A stretch of 64,000 nucleotides of DNA from positions 6,386,001 through 6,450,000 of the forward strand of contig OZ176056.1 in assembly GCA_964247055.1 (NCBI GenBank). The letters are read 5' to 3'. A program made the translations under genes and the position numbers. Position 1 is the stretch's first letter; each line of letters begins with the position of its first letter. Shown in pieces: positions 50,878 through 63,527 of the stretch. Source of the stretch: Paragordius varius. Its lineage: Eukaryota; Animalia; Nematomorpha. The notes under the pieces were generated by a model. It was not told the origin of the DNA. It did not search any database and was given only the letters and a program-made list of their open reading frames with translations.

Positions 50878-53800
50878 AAACGTAAAATTAGTGTAAAAAA
50901 CCCATTGCCCCTTTAACTGCATATATAGTAATGCATAAAAGAGTTATCAAAGGTTACAAACAATACAAAATTATACATTAAAAAGATTTGTTTTTAATAA
51001 AAATTAATATAAGGCAATCTATTGCGATTACCTTATTACTCAAAGCTTTTACAATAATATCATTGGACGCTGGATTAATGTAAAGGCGATCATATAGGCA
51101 TTTCAGTAAATAATTAACACCCAATTTAGGTAGAGTCCTTGTATGAGAGTTGGCATAATTTTGACAGAGAACGAAAAAGTTTGACAAGTCCTGAAATTAA
51201 AAATATTTCATATATACACAGTACAATTTAAATTCGGTTTTGAACAATCAAATTCACCCTAAAAATAAATTATGTGTTTTCCGGATAATATGACTCATCA
51301 TATAAATATTTTTCGACAAAGTTTATTATTTTTTCAGTATTATATTAATTTTAAACAAAATTTAATGTTTTGAAAATATCATAAAATAAAGGTAATTTTT
51401 AATCTTAAAAGAAACATAATTTATTTTAGGGTGATTTTGCATTGTTCAAGAATGAATTTGAACTATAAATGGTATATTTCTTATATAAAAATTGAAAAAA
51501 AAATGTTAATTGATTTACTTTGTCTTTGAGATCACATTTAGTGAATATGTGTAAGTTTGTTAAGCACTCAGCCATTAAGTATATGAAACAATCCTGTCAT
51601 ATGCATACAAAAAATAAAAATATTATTAAGACCATATCAAATAAAATAAAAAATCGAAAAAATATAAAACTTCATCAAGATAGGGTATTAGACGGTTTAT
51701 AAGGCGTTTTCCTTTTTCAACGCACAAAAGTTTAATGAAATCAAGGGAAGCCGGGGGTAAAACATAGAGATCATCCAAATTTTCTCCAGATTTTAAAGTG
51801 GCACATCCATTATTATAAATGTTAATTTGATAAAAAGGGAATATACGCTTCCATAATATTAGGATTTGATTTGTGCAATATGGATCTTGCAAATTTTCCT
51901 TAATTCTATATTTGGTTAATATATAAATTTGTGTGGTAGGCTAATATTTTATTTATGTGTAAATTTGGAATGCAGTTTTGATATGTAATAATTAGCATAA
52001 CTATAAAATTATTTTTTAAAAATCTAGGTTAAAATGATTTTTGAAATTACATGTCTCTTCCAATCGATTGGTAAATGATTTTCTTTTGAGGATCATCGAA
52101 AGTGACTAGGATATCATACATCTACATAAATTAATTACACATACATATATTGTATAAATCAAGTTTTTCTGAAATTATATTGTATAATGTAATGTACTTT
52201 TTCTATGTTTAACAACAAATGTCTATACTTCGTCCCACTGTTTATGTTATGTAGAGAGAGTAAAAAATCACTCAAATCCTCACTGGTGGTAGATTTTAAA
52301 CCGTCCAAAATATTAATGGCCGAATAATTAACGGCTAAGGCTCTACGATTTATTTGACTCATATGTTTGTTAGTTGTACTTTGATCCATGGTAGGTGGTG
52401 TCAATGTTGATGCGGTTTGCGCTTTGTTAATAGTAAAAAATTTTTTAGCTAGAGTGAAAATTAAAATTATAAAGACAAAACGTAAAAGAGAAATATTTTT
52501 TTTAAAAAAAGAAAACCCTACTTTTTCAAACCTTGATATATTCCATGCAAATTTGTTACCAATTTATACCTTAATTTTAATTGGCAGCATAAAACGATAG
52601 ATTATTCAAAAAATCAAGGTTAAAAAAATATGGTCTATAATAAATTCCTTTGATACTATCAATACATAAAACATAAAACGCAGACGAAATTAAAACATAT
52701 CACGTCAATGGTAATCGTAATTTCGGTGCTTGGTAACAGTCATCATTGTAACAAAATTATTAAGTGATAATATTATATTTATAAAAAATTTTTGCAACAA
52801 TTCCGAAGCTTTATGGAGATTTCACGGAAATTAAACCGCCAGGATTAAAGGTAATCAAACCCTTGCTTATTTCGTTTAATTTAAATTAGTTTTTAGTGAA
52901 AACTCAATATATACATATATATATAAACTTTTAAAGTTAATCCCTATTACCTGATAGATTTTGTGCATTAAAATGTCCCAAACTCTTCTTATTATTATTA
53001 TTCTCTGAACTATTATCTTGATAATTTTGTGATTCAACCGAATTGGCGTTAGCATTATCATGTGTTATAGCAAGCATAACATGAGGTTGTCGTATAGAGC
53101 TAAATGACACTTTTCCAAACGCATGGGAATCTGATTAAAATTATATAAAGTGTAATTTGTTAAATGCTTTATAATTAAAAATAATTTAAATATGCTTCAG
53201 ATTGAGCATTTTTTTAATTTATATATTGATTAGAACTAAGTTACGGATTTAACCGTTATAAGGTATATTAACCATTTGATTGTAAATTATTTAAAATTAT
53301 AGTTTTGTAATTAGCGAAATTGAGAAGGAGATTAGAGATGACCACATTTTTAAAGTTAAAAAAGTTAAGTTTATAAAAATTTGCATCTACCTATCGTTAA
53401 GGTTTCATCTATAAAAATTTTGAATAAATAATAGTATCTTAATGGATTCATAGTACTTTATTATTATAAAAGGTAAGTGTTTATATAAAGAAACCGCTTT
53501 AAAATAACCCTTACCAAACAATTAATTGGGGTAATTAAAAAATATAGATAAAATTTTTATGTAAGGTGTAAATGATTTAATTTTTAAAAAGCTACAAGTA
53601 TTTCTTAAATTACAAAATGTTGAAATTTGCGAATTTTAATTTTTTTGGAGAGCCATGCGTCCCAGCATGTCAGACACTCCTTAATTAAAACCTTATATAC
53701 AAAAATCATAACCTCCGACTTTATAAACAAATGATATGCACATAATAGTAAATATATATTATAAAAATTTTTTGAAGAATTTTGATATTTATCAATAATG

Positions 53801-56054
53801 TATACAAATTAAACAAGTAATAACACTTTTATAACTTTAAATTTTACCATATAAAGAGAATAATAGGTAAGTCATGTTTTACGCATAAAAAATGTATTCT
53901 CTACAAATGTATTTGTAAAAATTGGTTAATGAAAAGATAATAATGAGGTACATTGACCCGTAACTTTTGTTGAAAAACTTTTCATTTGTAAAACTTTGCT
54001 ATTCTAATAATGATTAATTAGGACGTTATAAAATTGAACAAGGGTCATTCAGAATGAGGTTATAAAAAAGGCTAAAATCCAATAAAATAAATGTCCATTG
54101 AAGAGTACTAATTTATATTATTTCCATCAAATTAGAAATATCTATTTTTTGTTATTATTTTAATTTTAATGTAAAAATAGTAAAACTTTATAAAAAGCAT
54201 ACCTGGAGTATATGACGACGTGGAATTAGATCTTTCATAGTCTGGTCGAATTTCATTCGTGATACAATTAATATCGCTTGATGATTGTTTTACTTCGGTT
54301 GCATTTTCAACATTTCCAGGGATGTCACTTTTACAACTTATGCCCAACAAATTTTTAAGTCCGACAAGTTTTGTATCCACCAAATTTTGTTCAAAAGCCG
54401 GCGGTGTTTCTATAATTTCTAGCGGCGTATTTTGTTTTAAGTCTGGAAAAGGGGAGTTGCCATTCAAAGGTGTTGAAACGTTGTTTAAAGCACTATTTGT
54501 ATCGGCATTCTCATTAATATTGCTGATACTGGGCGTTTGACGTGATGAATGATTGTTTGTATGAAAGATGGGTGTATAAATGGATGGTACAATAAATCGT
54601 GTTATATCAAACGGGATTTTATCTTCTGGGATTTTCCTGCACAAAGATTCCAAATCAGCTAACCAATGTTGAGATGGATCTCTTGCTCCAATCTCCTGAT
54701 ATAAATTGAAAGAAGTTGGTGATTCATGAATCTGATCAAGGAAACTAAAAGCAACTCCAGGTTCTTTGGCCAATATATGTCGCATCATAGACACCTATTT
54801 GGTAATAACCATTAGAATTATTATGGTTGAAAATATAAATTTACAAAAATATTGTGTAGCGTCAAAATAATTCCAATAATATATGTAAGTTTATTCGAAA
54901 ATGTTAGGTGAAAACGGACGAATTCATTTGTGAATATGCAAAGAAATATATATTATATCAATAAATATGTTACGTACACTGTAATAGTAATCATCTTGGA
55001 GTGGATTCCTGCTCTGAAGCAAACTCAATTGGATTTTAAGTATGAGAGCTCTTTCTTTCTTAAGCATCAATCCATCATAGTTTTCAGAATCGGTCGAATA
55101 TTTGGAATAATCCGCCCTAGTATATCTGCTATTTTCTGTATTTGCAATCGAATCGGTTTCATTAGGCGGTAAATGTGCGTTTTGTTTTTCACAAGTAAAG
55201 ATACTTTGTTGCTTGCTATTAACATGCTTGATGTCATGTTTTTGATTATGATGAATACGTATAACTGTGATTTCCTTTTGAGGATTACGGATTTTTTCAA
55301 CTTTATCCGAATGTAATGGCTTATTAAGAATAAAATTTGAATTTTGCCGAATTTTAGTATTGTGCGGCGATTGGGAAAAATTTTTTTCGTGATCACTTGC
55401 AAAATTATTGATATTGGTTAATGGATAGTGATTGGTTTGATTATTTGTGTGTTGAAAAGCAGTGACATTAGAATCCACATATGGTCGATTTTGGGCATCA
55501 AATTTAAGAATAGGGTGTGAGGGTAAATTATTTTTTTTCACAGCATTTGTAGTATTTTGGAACGGTTTATTACTTCTGGGATTGCCAGAATTTTTATTTC
55601 TATTTGGATGATTTACGTTTGTTTGAGATCCTCTAATCAATTCAAATTTCTCATTATTTATTATTTTAGGTTGATGATTGTAATAACTATGATTAGGATG
55701 AAAAGCGTTGTCATTACTTTGATTCCCAGGAGGTTTGGTTAGATCCGAAAGTGGTAAAGGATAAAGGTTTAAATTTTGAAATAAATTGTTTAAATTATCT
55801 TTACTCTCCATGTTGTTAAAATTATCATAATTTTCGAATATGTTAGGACTATTATTATTACTTCCCAGTTTTGCCATATTGGCATTTCGCTCATGCCAGT
55901 CTTCGTTCCAGATTTCAAGGCCTAAAACTATAAAACTAAATTTAATACCGGCTTCATTAAATGTTTCCTCATTCAAGAAATTGTCCATATCCTCATCCAA
56001 ACCATAGGTGTCCTCATCATAATCGGCAAAAATGTTTAAACCTTCTGGGTCCAT
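50144..56054 (-). CDS. PATL1: Pat1/PATL1 mRNA decapping activator. Exons 56054-55949, 55921-54978, 54794-54203, 53130-52951, 52448-52198, 52121-52051, 51905-51671, 51593-51519, 51190-51032, about 50727-50624 (contains TAA), 50513-50144.
   Basis: Acidic N-terminus (NFLNEETF), GLMLKKERALILKIQLSLLQSRNPLQDDYYY, AFGKVSFSSIRQPH, LLLNIEK|MYDIL, FIKLLCVEKGKRLINRLIPYL and PISDTVLKLFSAR align with the Pat1 Mid and C-terminal domains. Junctions are phase-consistent. The penultimate exon is uncertain. Confidence 0.85.
50835..50874. repeat. (TA)n microsatellite, the longest of several (others near 14891, 34029, 41387, 43866, 50519, 57859)
   Basis: Direct reading of the sequence. Confidence 0.95.
51212..51478. 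mobile_element. MITE subfamily A copy filling most of PATL1 intron 51191-51518
   Basis: gaacaatcaaattcaccctaaaaataaattatgtgttttcc...ttattttagggtgatttt...gaactataaatggtata. Confidence 0.7.
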
Positions 56055-57856
56055 TTCACATCAAACACATATGTGGGCTAACGTTAAAGTAAAGAATGAA
56101 GTGTTAAATTTTAAAAAAAATTTGGGTATAATTACTATTTCAAGTCAATCCTTAGCAAAAAATGGCAAGTTAAACAGCCACTCAAATTCTCACAAATTCT
56201 GGCCCATCTTCTAACTTACTAAGCAGCCTTCAACTGCAACAGATATGACAACATTTTTTTTGGATATGATTTTATATTTAAATTATATAAAAAATATGAT
56301 TATTATTTAATGATTTTTGTCTGGCAAATTCATCCATATTTCAACCGATTAGTACTATTTACTTTATAATATTTTTGCAGTTTTTCACATTTTAAACAAA
56401 TGTCTATTTTACTACATATCTTGTTGAAAAATTAAATATATTATATTTATATATTAACACTTGATTAAAAATATATTATCTTGTATAACGATTACATTTT
56501 AAGTATATTTCTATCCCAAAGTTTAAGTAAACAAATTAATGTTAAAAAGTTGTTATAAAATTAAATTTGCTAACCCTCTTTTCCTAAAATAATAAATGAT
56601 AATGTGTTATTTAGTTTTTACTTCTATAGTCCCCAATTAATCTTCATAAGATGATTGAAGCAATTTTTATTATATTTAATAAATATGGCTTTCGAAAGTT
56701 AAATATTTACATGTTTTACCAAGAAGTACATTTATTTGATGTCTGGAGAGTTAAAAAACCAAAAGAAAACAGACAGGAAAAAATTTTCCCCAAATAATGT
56801 GATTGATTCGGCAATATTAATTGTTTCACCGTTTCCACCATGTTTCAATCGTAAAAAATATATTAATCAATTTTTCCAAAAAACTTTGATGTTCAATCAT
56901 TACAATATATAGTCTGATGCGAATATATATCAGTTATTTTGGCGCTTTTAGTTCTGTCCCTAATTGTTTAAATATTTTGGATAAATGCTTTATTTCAAAA
57001 AAATTACTAAATATTATAAACTACATATAAAAGCACAACCATTATTTTGAAAAAAAATTTTAGATACCCCGAAAGTCGCAAATTTTTTTTCTAAGGGCTA
57101 ATTATTTTAATATAAAGGTATAATCGTCTGGATTTTGTGATAATTTTAAATATATTGTAATATTTGATACTATAAATATTTTTTTAGAAAATGCATACTT
57201 ATTAAAAAATATTTTTTTGCAATTTGAAGCCTATTTTATATTATTTTTAGGCATTAGGAAACAGTTTGAATAGACTTAGATAAAAACATTTTTTCCATAT
57301 AAATTGAAGATGCCCATTTCAAACACTTCAGAATATTGAATAAAATACCCGTTGGTCTTTAAATATGTTAAATATAAATTGATTTTTTCCAAAAAGTCAC
57401 CAAAATTTGAAAGGAAACGAAGTTTAAAATAAATTCTGAAGGGATAGAAATGCTCAGGATAATTGATTTATAAAAAAATGTAATTTATAATATCTGAAAG
57501 CGCACGTTACCATACCTTAAAAAGTATTTCTCTGAAATTTAGCAAAAAATTTAATTTTTTGAAAATATTTTAAATCATATGAAAATGCATACATTTTAAT
57601 TTTTGTCGCAGAATCTCGGCATTTTGGTTGTTATATTAAGAGATCCAGCCCATTTTAAAAAAGCGAAATTTTTTTCCGAATCTAAAAATTAAATATATAT
57701 TATTAATTTTCTTTTTTATAGTGATATTTTTGAAATGGATCATTTAACTTTTACCGAAAAATTTCTATTCTCTGATATGGGAGACTTACCACAAAGTGTG
57801 AATTACTTATCATTCGTAAGGGTCGAAACCAAAAGCACAATCCTGATATTTCCTAT

Positions 57857-57894
<38 letters not shown>

Positions 57895-58974
57895 CTGGTT
57901 AATTTTTATACCCCCCTAATTTCGGACGCAGTGATATATATTTAAAATCCTTATCCCGCAGTCTCGGGGCAACTATATAGCTAAAATTGTGCCTTGTGAT
58001 TTTTCATATTAAAAGACTATCACAATTTTCCCAGAAAACCGATTGAGCCAATTTTTATATTTTATTTTGTTTGCGCAGAGGGTAACGGGACGTTTTTTTG
58101 ATTTTTAAAATAACTAATTATAGGGATATCGGACAAAAAATCCAGGAAGTTTCCAAATATCGTGACTAGGTAATAATTAGTTTTATATTACTATGCTATA
58201 TGGGTTTTTTATTATGTTTATATTTTAACTAAATATTTTAACTTTATAAAACTGTATTATTAAACAATATATTTATATCCGTTCTAACTAATCATGCGAA
58301 CAGAAGAATTATTATTATTATGTAAAAGATGGATAGGGCGCCGAACTCTTACACTTCCAGAGTTTAAACCTCGAAACTACGCAATTTTTAGATCATCACT
58401 GTCAACCCTGGTCAGGCAGGCGAGTGTTAAAACCTTGACAAGTCCGAATACAGTTTATTAAGTCCTTACCCTTTAATAAAAAAAGGAAAAAAGAGACTCT
58501 AAACTGTATATTAAAAAGATGGAAACTAAATTATTAACATTAGACTTCAAGTTGTGATTCAAACAAAAAAAATCCGCACTCCTGTTTAAAAATATTTTGG
58601 GACAAATCTGACCCAAGAGACTTAAACAACACTGGTTTGTAGACTATAAAGTGTTTTATCACAATATGTATATAATACGAAAGGAAGCAAAGAAAAATAT
58701 ATCGTTATTTGGAGATATCACCATCAACGAATCTCAAAGGTGAAAAAAATTTGTCTTTGTACATAAACGATAAAATTATGTGTTTACTGATAAAATAATT
58801 TAGTCATAAAATATCTTTGCGTACAAATCTTTAATGACGTATTCATTTGGGTTCAGAAACTGTTTATGTGCTAAAATATTTATTACAATTTTATTAAAAA
58901 TATTTATTTACCTTTAGGCAAACTTTGCTGTATAAATATGTTGAGAATACTAAACATATATATTTTTCAAAATA

Positions 58975-61900
58975 ATGCATATAAATATCAATACTTTCAT
59001 AATATATCTGGTAGGAATCCTTGCCATATCAAGTATAAAAAAATTATTATATTTTAATTGTATTGATTCAAATAATTTTTAAAATTTTAGTTTATTAGAT
59101 AGCATTCTCTGTACTAAAAATTCGAGTCATGATTTTGATAACAAAAAAGTTTTATTCTGTTATTATGCGTCCTGGGATCGTTATACAACAGGATTCTTAG
59201 CAAAAGATATTGATCCCTTTCTATGCACGCATATAATATATGCCTTCGCATATATTCACCCCAAAAATTATACCATATATGATGTCGAGCTCAAACACAA
59301 AGGTAAATTTTTTCATACCATTTAATTCAATCATACCATTTAATTCATTCAATCAATCAATCTAATTTATTTTTCGAAAATAGTAATTTTGTCTTTACAG
59401 TATGAGTAAGTATGCATTGCTGGAAAGTTATTAATTATTGCCAAATAACATATACAACAAGGGGCTGTATTATTGGCTTATAGTTATGTTTTGACTTTTT
59501 GGCATTATTAGCCAATAATAGTGCCCTTTGTTTATATTTTTTGGCAATAAATAATATCTTTCTAGCAATGTATAATTACTATTGTAATTATTTAAAGTTT
59601 TTACCGATATTTGTCCTTTTTATACAAATATTGGATAAAATAATAGAACTGTTAATAATCCTTTTATTTCTATGTGAATAAATAGTAAAATATTTATTTG
59701 ATTTGAAAACACACTTATATTTGCAGAGATTTGTTTAATATATATGATTTAAGTATTTTGGTTGGGATTACCACCAAAAACGCCCTTTTGAATGGTTAGA
59801 CAATTAAAATATATAAAATCTTTTTTAATTTATATTTTATAGTATGGAACGCAGGTTTTTTCACTTTAAATTTTACCATATATAAATTGTTTTTTCCACA
59901 TAAACATATCATTTATTTAATACCAGAAATATACCAAGACCTCCATAAACTTAAATTACGAAACTCCAAGCTAAAGCTTTTATTGGCCATTGGAGGTTGG
60001 ACTTTCGATCAAACCATTTTTAGCGCTTTGGTTCAGGAACCGTCAGATATCAGACACAATTTTATTTTGCACGTTATCGATTATTTAAGGAAATGGCATT
60101 TTGATGGGATATGCATCGATTGGCGATATCCTGGCTTACTCTGGAGAAATGGAAACCCCTATAAAGATCCTACGAATTTCCCTATTTTCTTACAGGTTTT
60201 TAACACCGAACTTTCTTTTGGTCATTATTTTAACTGTGCTTTTTGGAATGTTTTAATAATTACTTTCTAGCAAATGCGACAAGCTTTTACCAATGAAGTG
60301 AATCAAACCCAAAGAAAAGCAAATGATAATAATATGTCAAAGACGTCCCAAAGACTTATTCTTTCTATAATTGGATATTCTAGCGTTAATGAAATCAATG
60401 TAGCTTACAAAGTGTACCAAATATCTCCGTATATTTTGTCATTTATTAACAGTAAAAACTGTAATTATACAAGACAAAACGTAAAAATATAAACACAACC
60501 ATACTTTTTATACTTACTTTTTTTATATGTAAATCATTGTATTAATTGTTTGTTAGAGTATCAATTATATATTTTACAATTGCTATTAAATAGTGTAAAT
60601 AGGAATAATTAATGTTTTCAAAATGTATAGTCTTTTATAAAAAAAGGTTTTAGTTTTTCCTATTTAAAAATTTCAATTTTTATTCAAACATAAAATTTAA
60701 AAAAGTAATTTGTACTTTAGACATGTTGATTATATATTATTGACTTACAATTACAATGGTTGTTGGAGCTCCGATAAAAAAACTGCATATGATAGTCCTT
60801 TGGCTGGAAAATATGTCCTTAATATTGTATGTAACTTATTTAATATCTGAAATTTAATTTAAAAGAATAATTTTAATAACAAGTTGATATAATTGCGAAA
60901 CTTTTTGCTTTACAATTAAATATACAGATAATATTATATACTATTAAACCGTTGAACCATATATATAAACCAAAAATCACATGTTATTAGAGTGAAATAA
61001 AAATTGTTCAGGGGTAGATTTTTAAATTAATTGAGGGGTAATTTTAAGAGTTGAAGAGGGAATTTGAGATGCAAATGGCATAGTATGTCAATGATATTAT
61101 TATATTAAAAATTATAGATATCACATTTAAAAATATAAATTTCAATTTTTTATAGAATGCTACAATCAATGAATGGATCTTTCAAGGGAACCAAAGTGAA
61201 AAATTGGTGCTGGGAATAGGTTTAAACACTCTTTCCTATCGTATTGATAGAAAAAGTATCGATCAATGTTTAATTAATGTCCATGACAAATCAAACGTAA
61301 AAAATAATAGTTTTACGGGGTGTGGTCAAGGTTTACCAGCTATTAAATGTGGAATATTTCAAACTTTATCTGTGGCACAGGTAAAAAAATTAATATAATT
61401 TGAAGTTTTAATTGCACAGACAAAAATTAAAAACTACGGACAAATATTTAAAAAGAGGTCTCCATGCTTTTCAAGCCTTCATTTTTTCATCTACATTATT
61501 TCTTGAAATATATTGTAAAAAACCTAATTGTACATTTTAATACCTTTTTAACCCGTCGTTGTTATTAATATAAATATTGGGATAATAGGATACCAAGTTA
61601 TATAAATTTTACTTGAAAACTGCAAAAAGGTAAATCTTGAATTGGAACCTACATTTATTATAATACCAAAACTTTTTTACAATTTTTCTAGCGTAAATCT
61701 CGTGCTGCTACGCAGTCCGAGAAAGTCCTTCGGACTTCTGGTGGGGGGGGGGCTTTTTAAAAAAAGGGACAATAAAATGATCTACATATGTGGATTATTT
61801 CGAAACATTGTTTAATCTATAATCTCAGGAATTTCAAAATGGTGCATTGATATTAATACATTATTTACTTGGGCGAAAAATAGATTAGAAAAAATCTTTT

Positions 61901-63527
61901 TGTGGATTTTGTTTTTTTGAAAAAAAGGCATTTTACAGGGGGAGCGGGTAAAAATAGGGCGTAAATTAAAAAAGCGAGACGACTATATTCATCCAAAATA
62001 AATAAACAAATATCATATTTGAATTGAATGGTCCAATACGTTCTCCGGAAAATTGTCTCAAAGACACGATTTTTGTGGACTCCTTTTAATAAAACCCATA
62101 TATTACACGGGGTGGGCCCTAACTGGGGGAATTCTAAAAAAGGGCGAAGCTATTGTCGAGGCATTCATTTATGATTATATTTTTTGATATTTGGATTTGA
62201 TTGGGTGTACCGGTTTTCCGGAAACAGATCATAAAGCCACATGACGGATCAGTTTTTAGTGGGTAGCTTTTTACCCAAAAGCTATCATCAAAGAAACGCT
62301 CGACTAATATTTGTGCCTTTTAACTATTACGTGGAATCCTTATTGAATTATTACGGTCTCATACATTGAGCGAAAAATAGATGTAAAATTTTTTTTTGTG
62401 GACTTTGTGTTTTGAAAAAAATAGCATTTTACGGGGGGAGCGGGTAAAAACAGGGCCTAAATCAAAAAAGCGAGACGACTTTGTTCAGCGCAGAAAATAA
62501 GTAAACAAAAGTCATATTTGAAATAGATTGGTCCAACAGGTTACCTGGAAAATTGTCTCAAATACACGATTAAGGACTTCTGTTTTCAAAAAAAAACCGT
62601 TTTTCACACGGGGTGGGCCCGAACTGGGGGCATATTTCAAAAAAGGCGAAGCTATTGTCGGGGCGTTCATTAATGATTATATTTTTTCGATGTTTGGATT
62701 TGAATGGGTCTACCGGTTTTCCGGAAACAGATCACAAAGCCACCACTTTTTATTTTTATAAATATATAAATTATATTAAAAGTAGCAATATAACTTTAGC
62801 CTTAGGAATATTAATCGAAACTTACAAAAATGAATTATGTGTTTCCAAGATTAAAAATATATATTTTTTAAAAATGAAATTTTTTAAAATTAAAACCATA
62901 CTGAAAAAATAAACTATACCATAAGTAATGAGTTATATTAGTTCAAAAACAAATAATTTAATTTTAGGGTGCATTTGAATTGTTCAAGAGTAATTTGAAT
63001 TGTTTAAGGGCGAATTTGAATTGTTTGAGGGCGAATGTGAATTGTCCGAGGATAAATGATTTGAAGGTAAATTTAGATTTCTAAATGGTGAATATGAATT
63101 GTAAATGGTATTCTGCATTCAAATCTTAGTTTCTTATTGTCAATTAAGATAAAAACTGAACGCAAGTTAATTTAAAATATTTTTTTTGGTAAAAGCTTTT
63201 TTTTTCAGCAGCACAAATATTCAAAAAATTAACAACACTCTGAAATATAATTATTCTTTAATTCAAATAACTCTTCCTTTGTAAAAATGATAATTTTAAA
63301 ATATATACATTTTTATGTAATTCTTTTTTTACAAAAAACGTTAGCTATGTAGAGTTATGGGAAACAAATCTTTGTCATTAGATTGGCGCAATTTTTTCGA
63401 TGCGACTTCCAAGTCTTACAGTGCATACTCGATAGCTAATACCACTAGCAAACCTTTGAATGATATCGAAAATACTTACAATAATATTTGGATAACATAT
63501 GAAAATTACCAGAGTTTTGAGAAAAAG
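58975..63527 (+). CDS. GH18 chitinase-like protein, predicted catalytically inactive and secreted. Exons 58975-59032, 59099-59302, 59927-60195, 60271-60428, 60721-60826, 61156-61380, 63345-63527; continues past the right edge.
   Basis: Hydrophobic N-terminal exon, then [10 protein letters not shown]...[40 protein letters not shown] and WITYEN..S...K. All junctions are phase-consistent. Confidence 0.88.
61900..62750. repeat. Tandem duplication with a period of about 495 bp (units about 61900-62245 and 62395-62745) inside a GH18 intron
   Basis: ggggagcgggtaaaaa, aaaaaagcgagacgact, acacggggtgggccc, ggcgaagctattgtcg and ccggttttccggaaacagatca each occur twice, about 495-505 nt apart. Confidence 0.85.
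62790..63111. mobile_element. MITE subfamily A, right half only
   Basis: Array of gaatttgaattgtt units ending gaattgtaaatggta. Confidence 0.7.

Noticed and set aside
54259-55742. Antisense and alternative-frame ORFs over PATL1 (54259, 54930, 55067, 55557)
   Set aside because: They are shadows of the long PATL1 exons. The same applies to ORFs overlapping EAAT exons (16511, 16541, 21061, 22377, 23031, 23697).
57900-58140. DINE-1/Helentron-like element after a (TA)n tract
   Set aside because: Only a TTTATACCC start and a general resemblance; no second copy or defined end is visible in the window.
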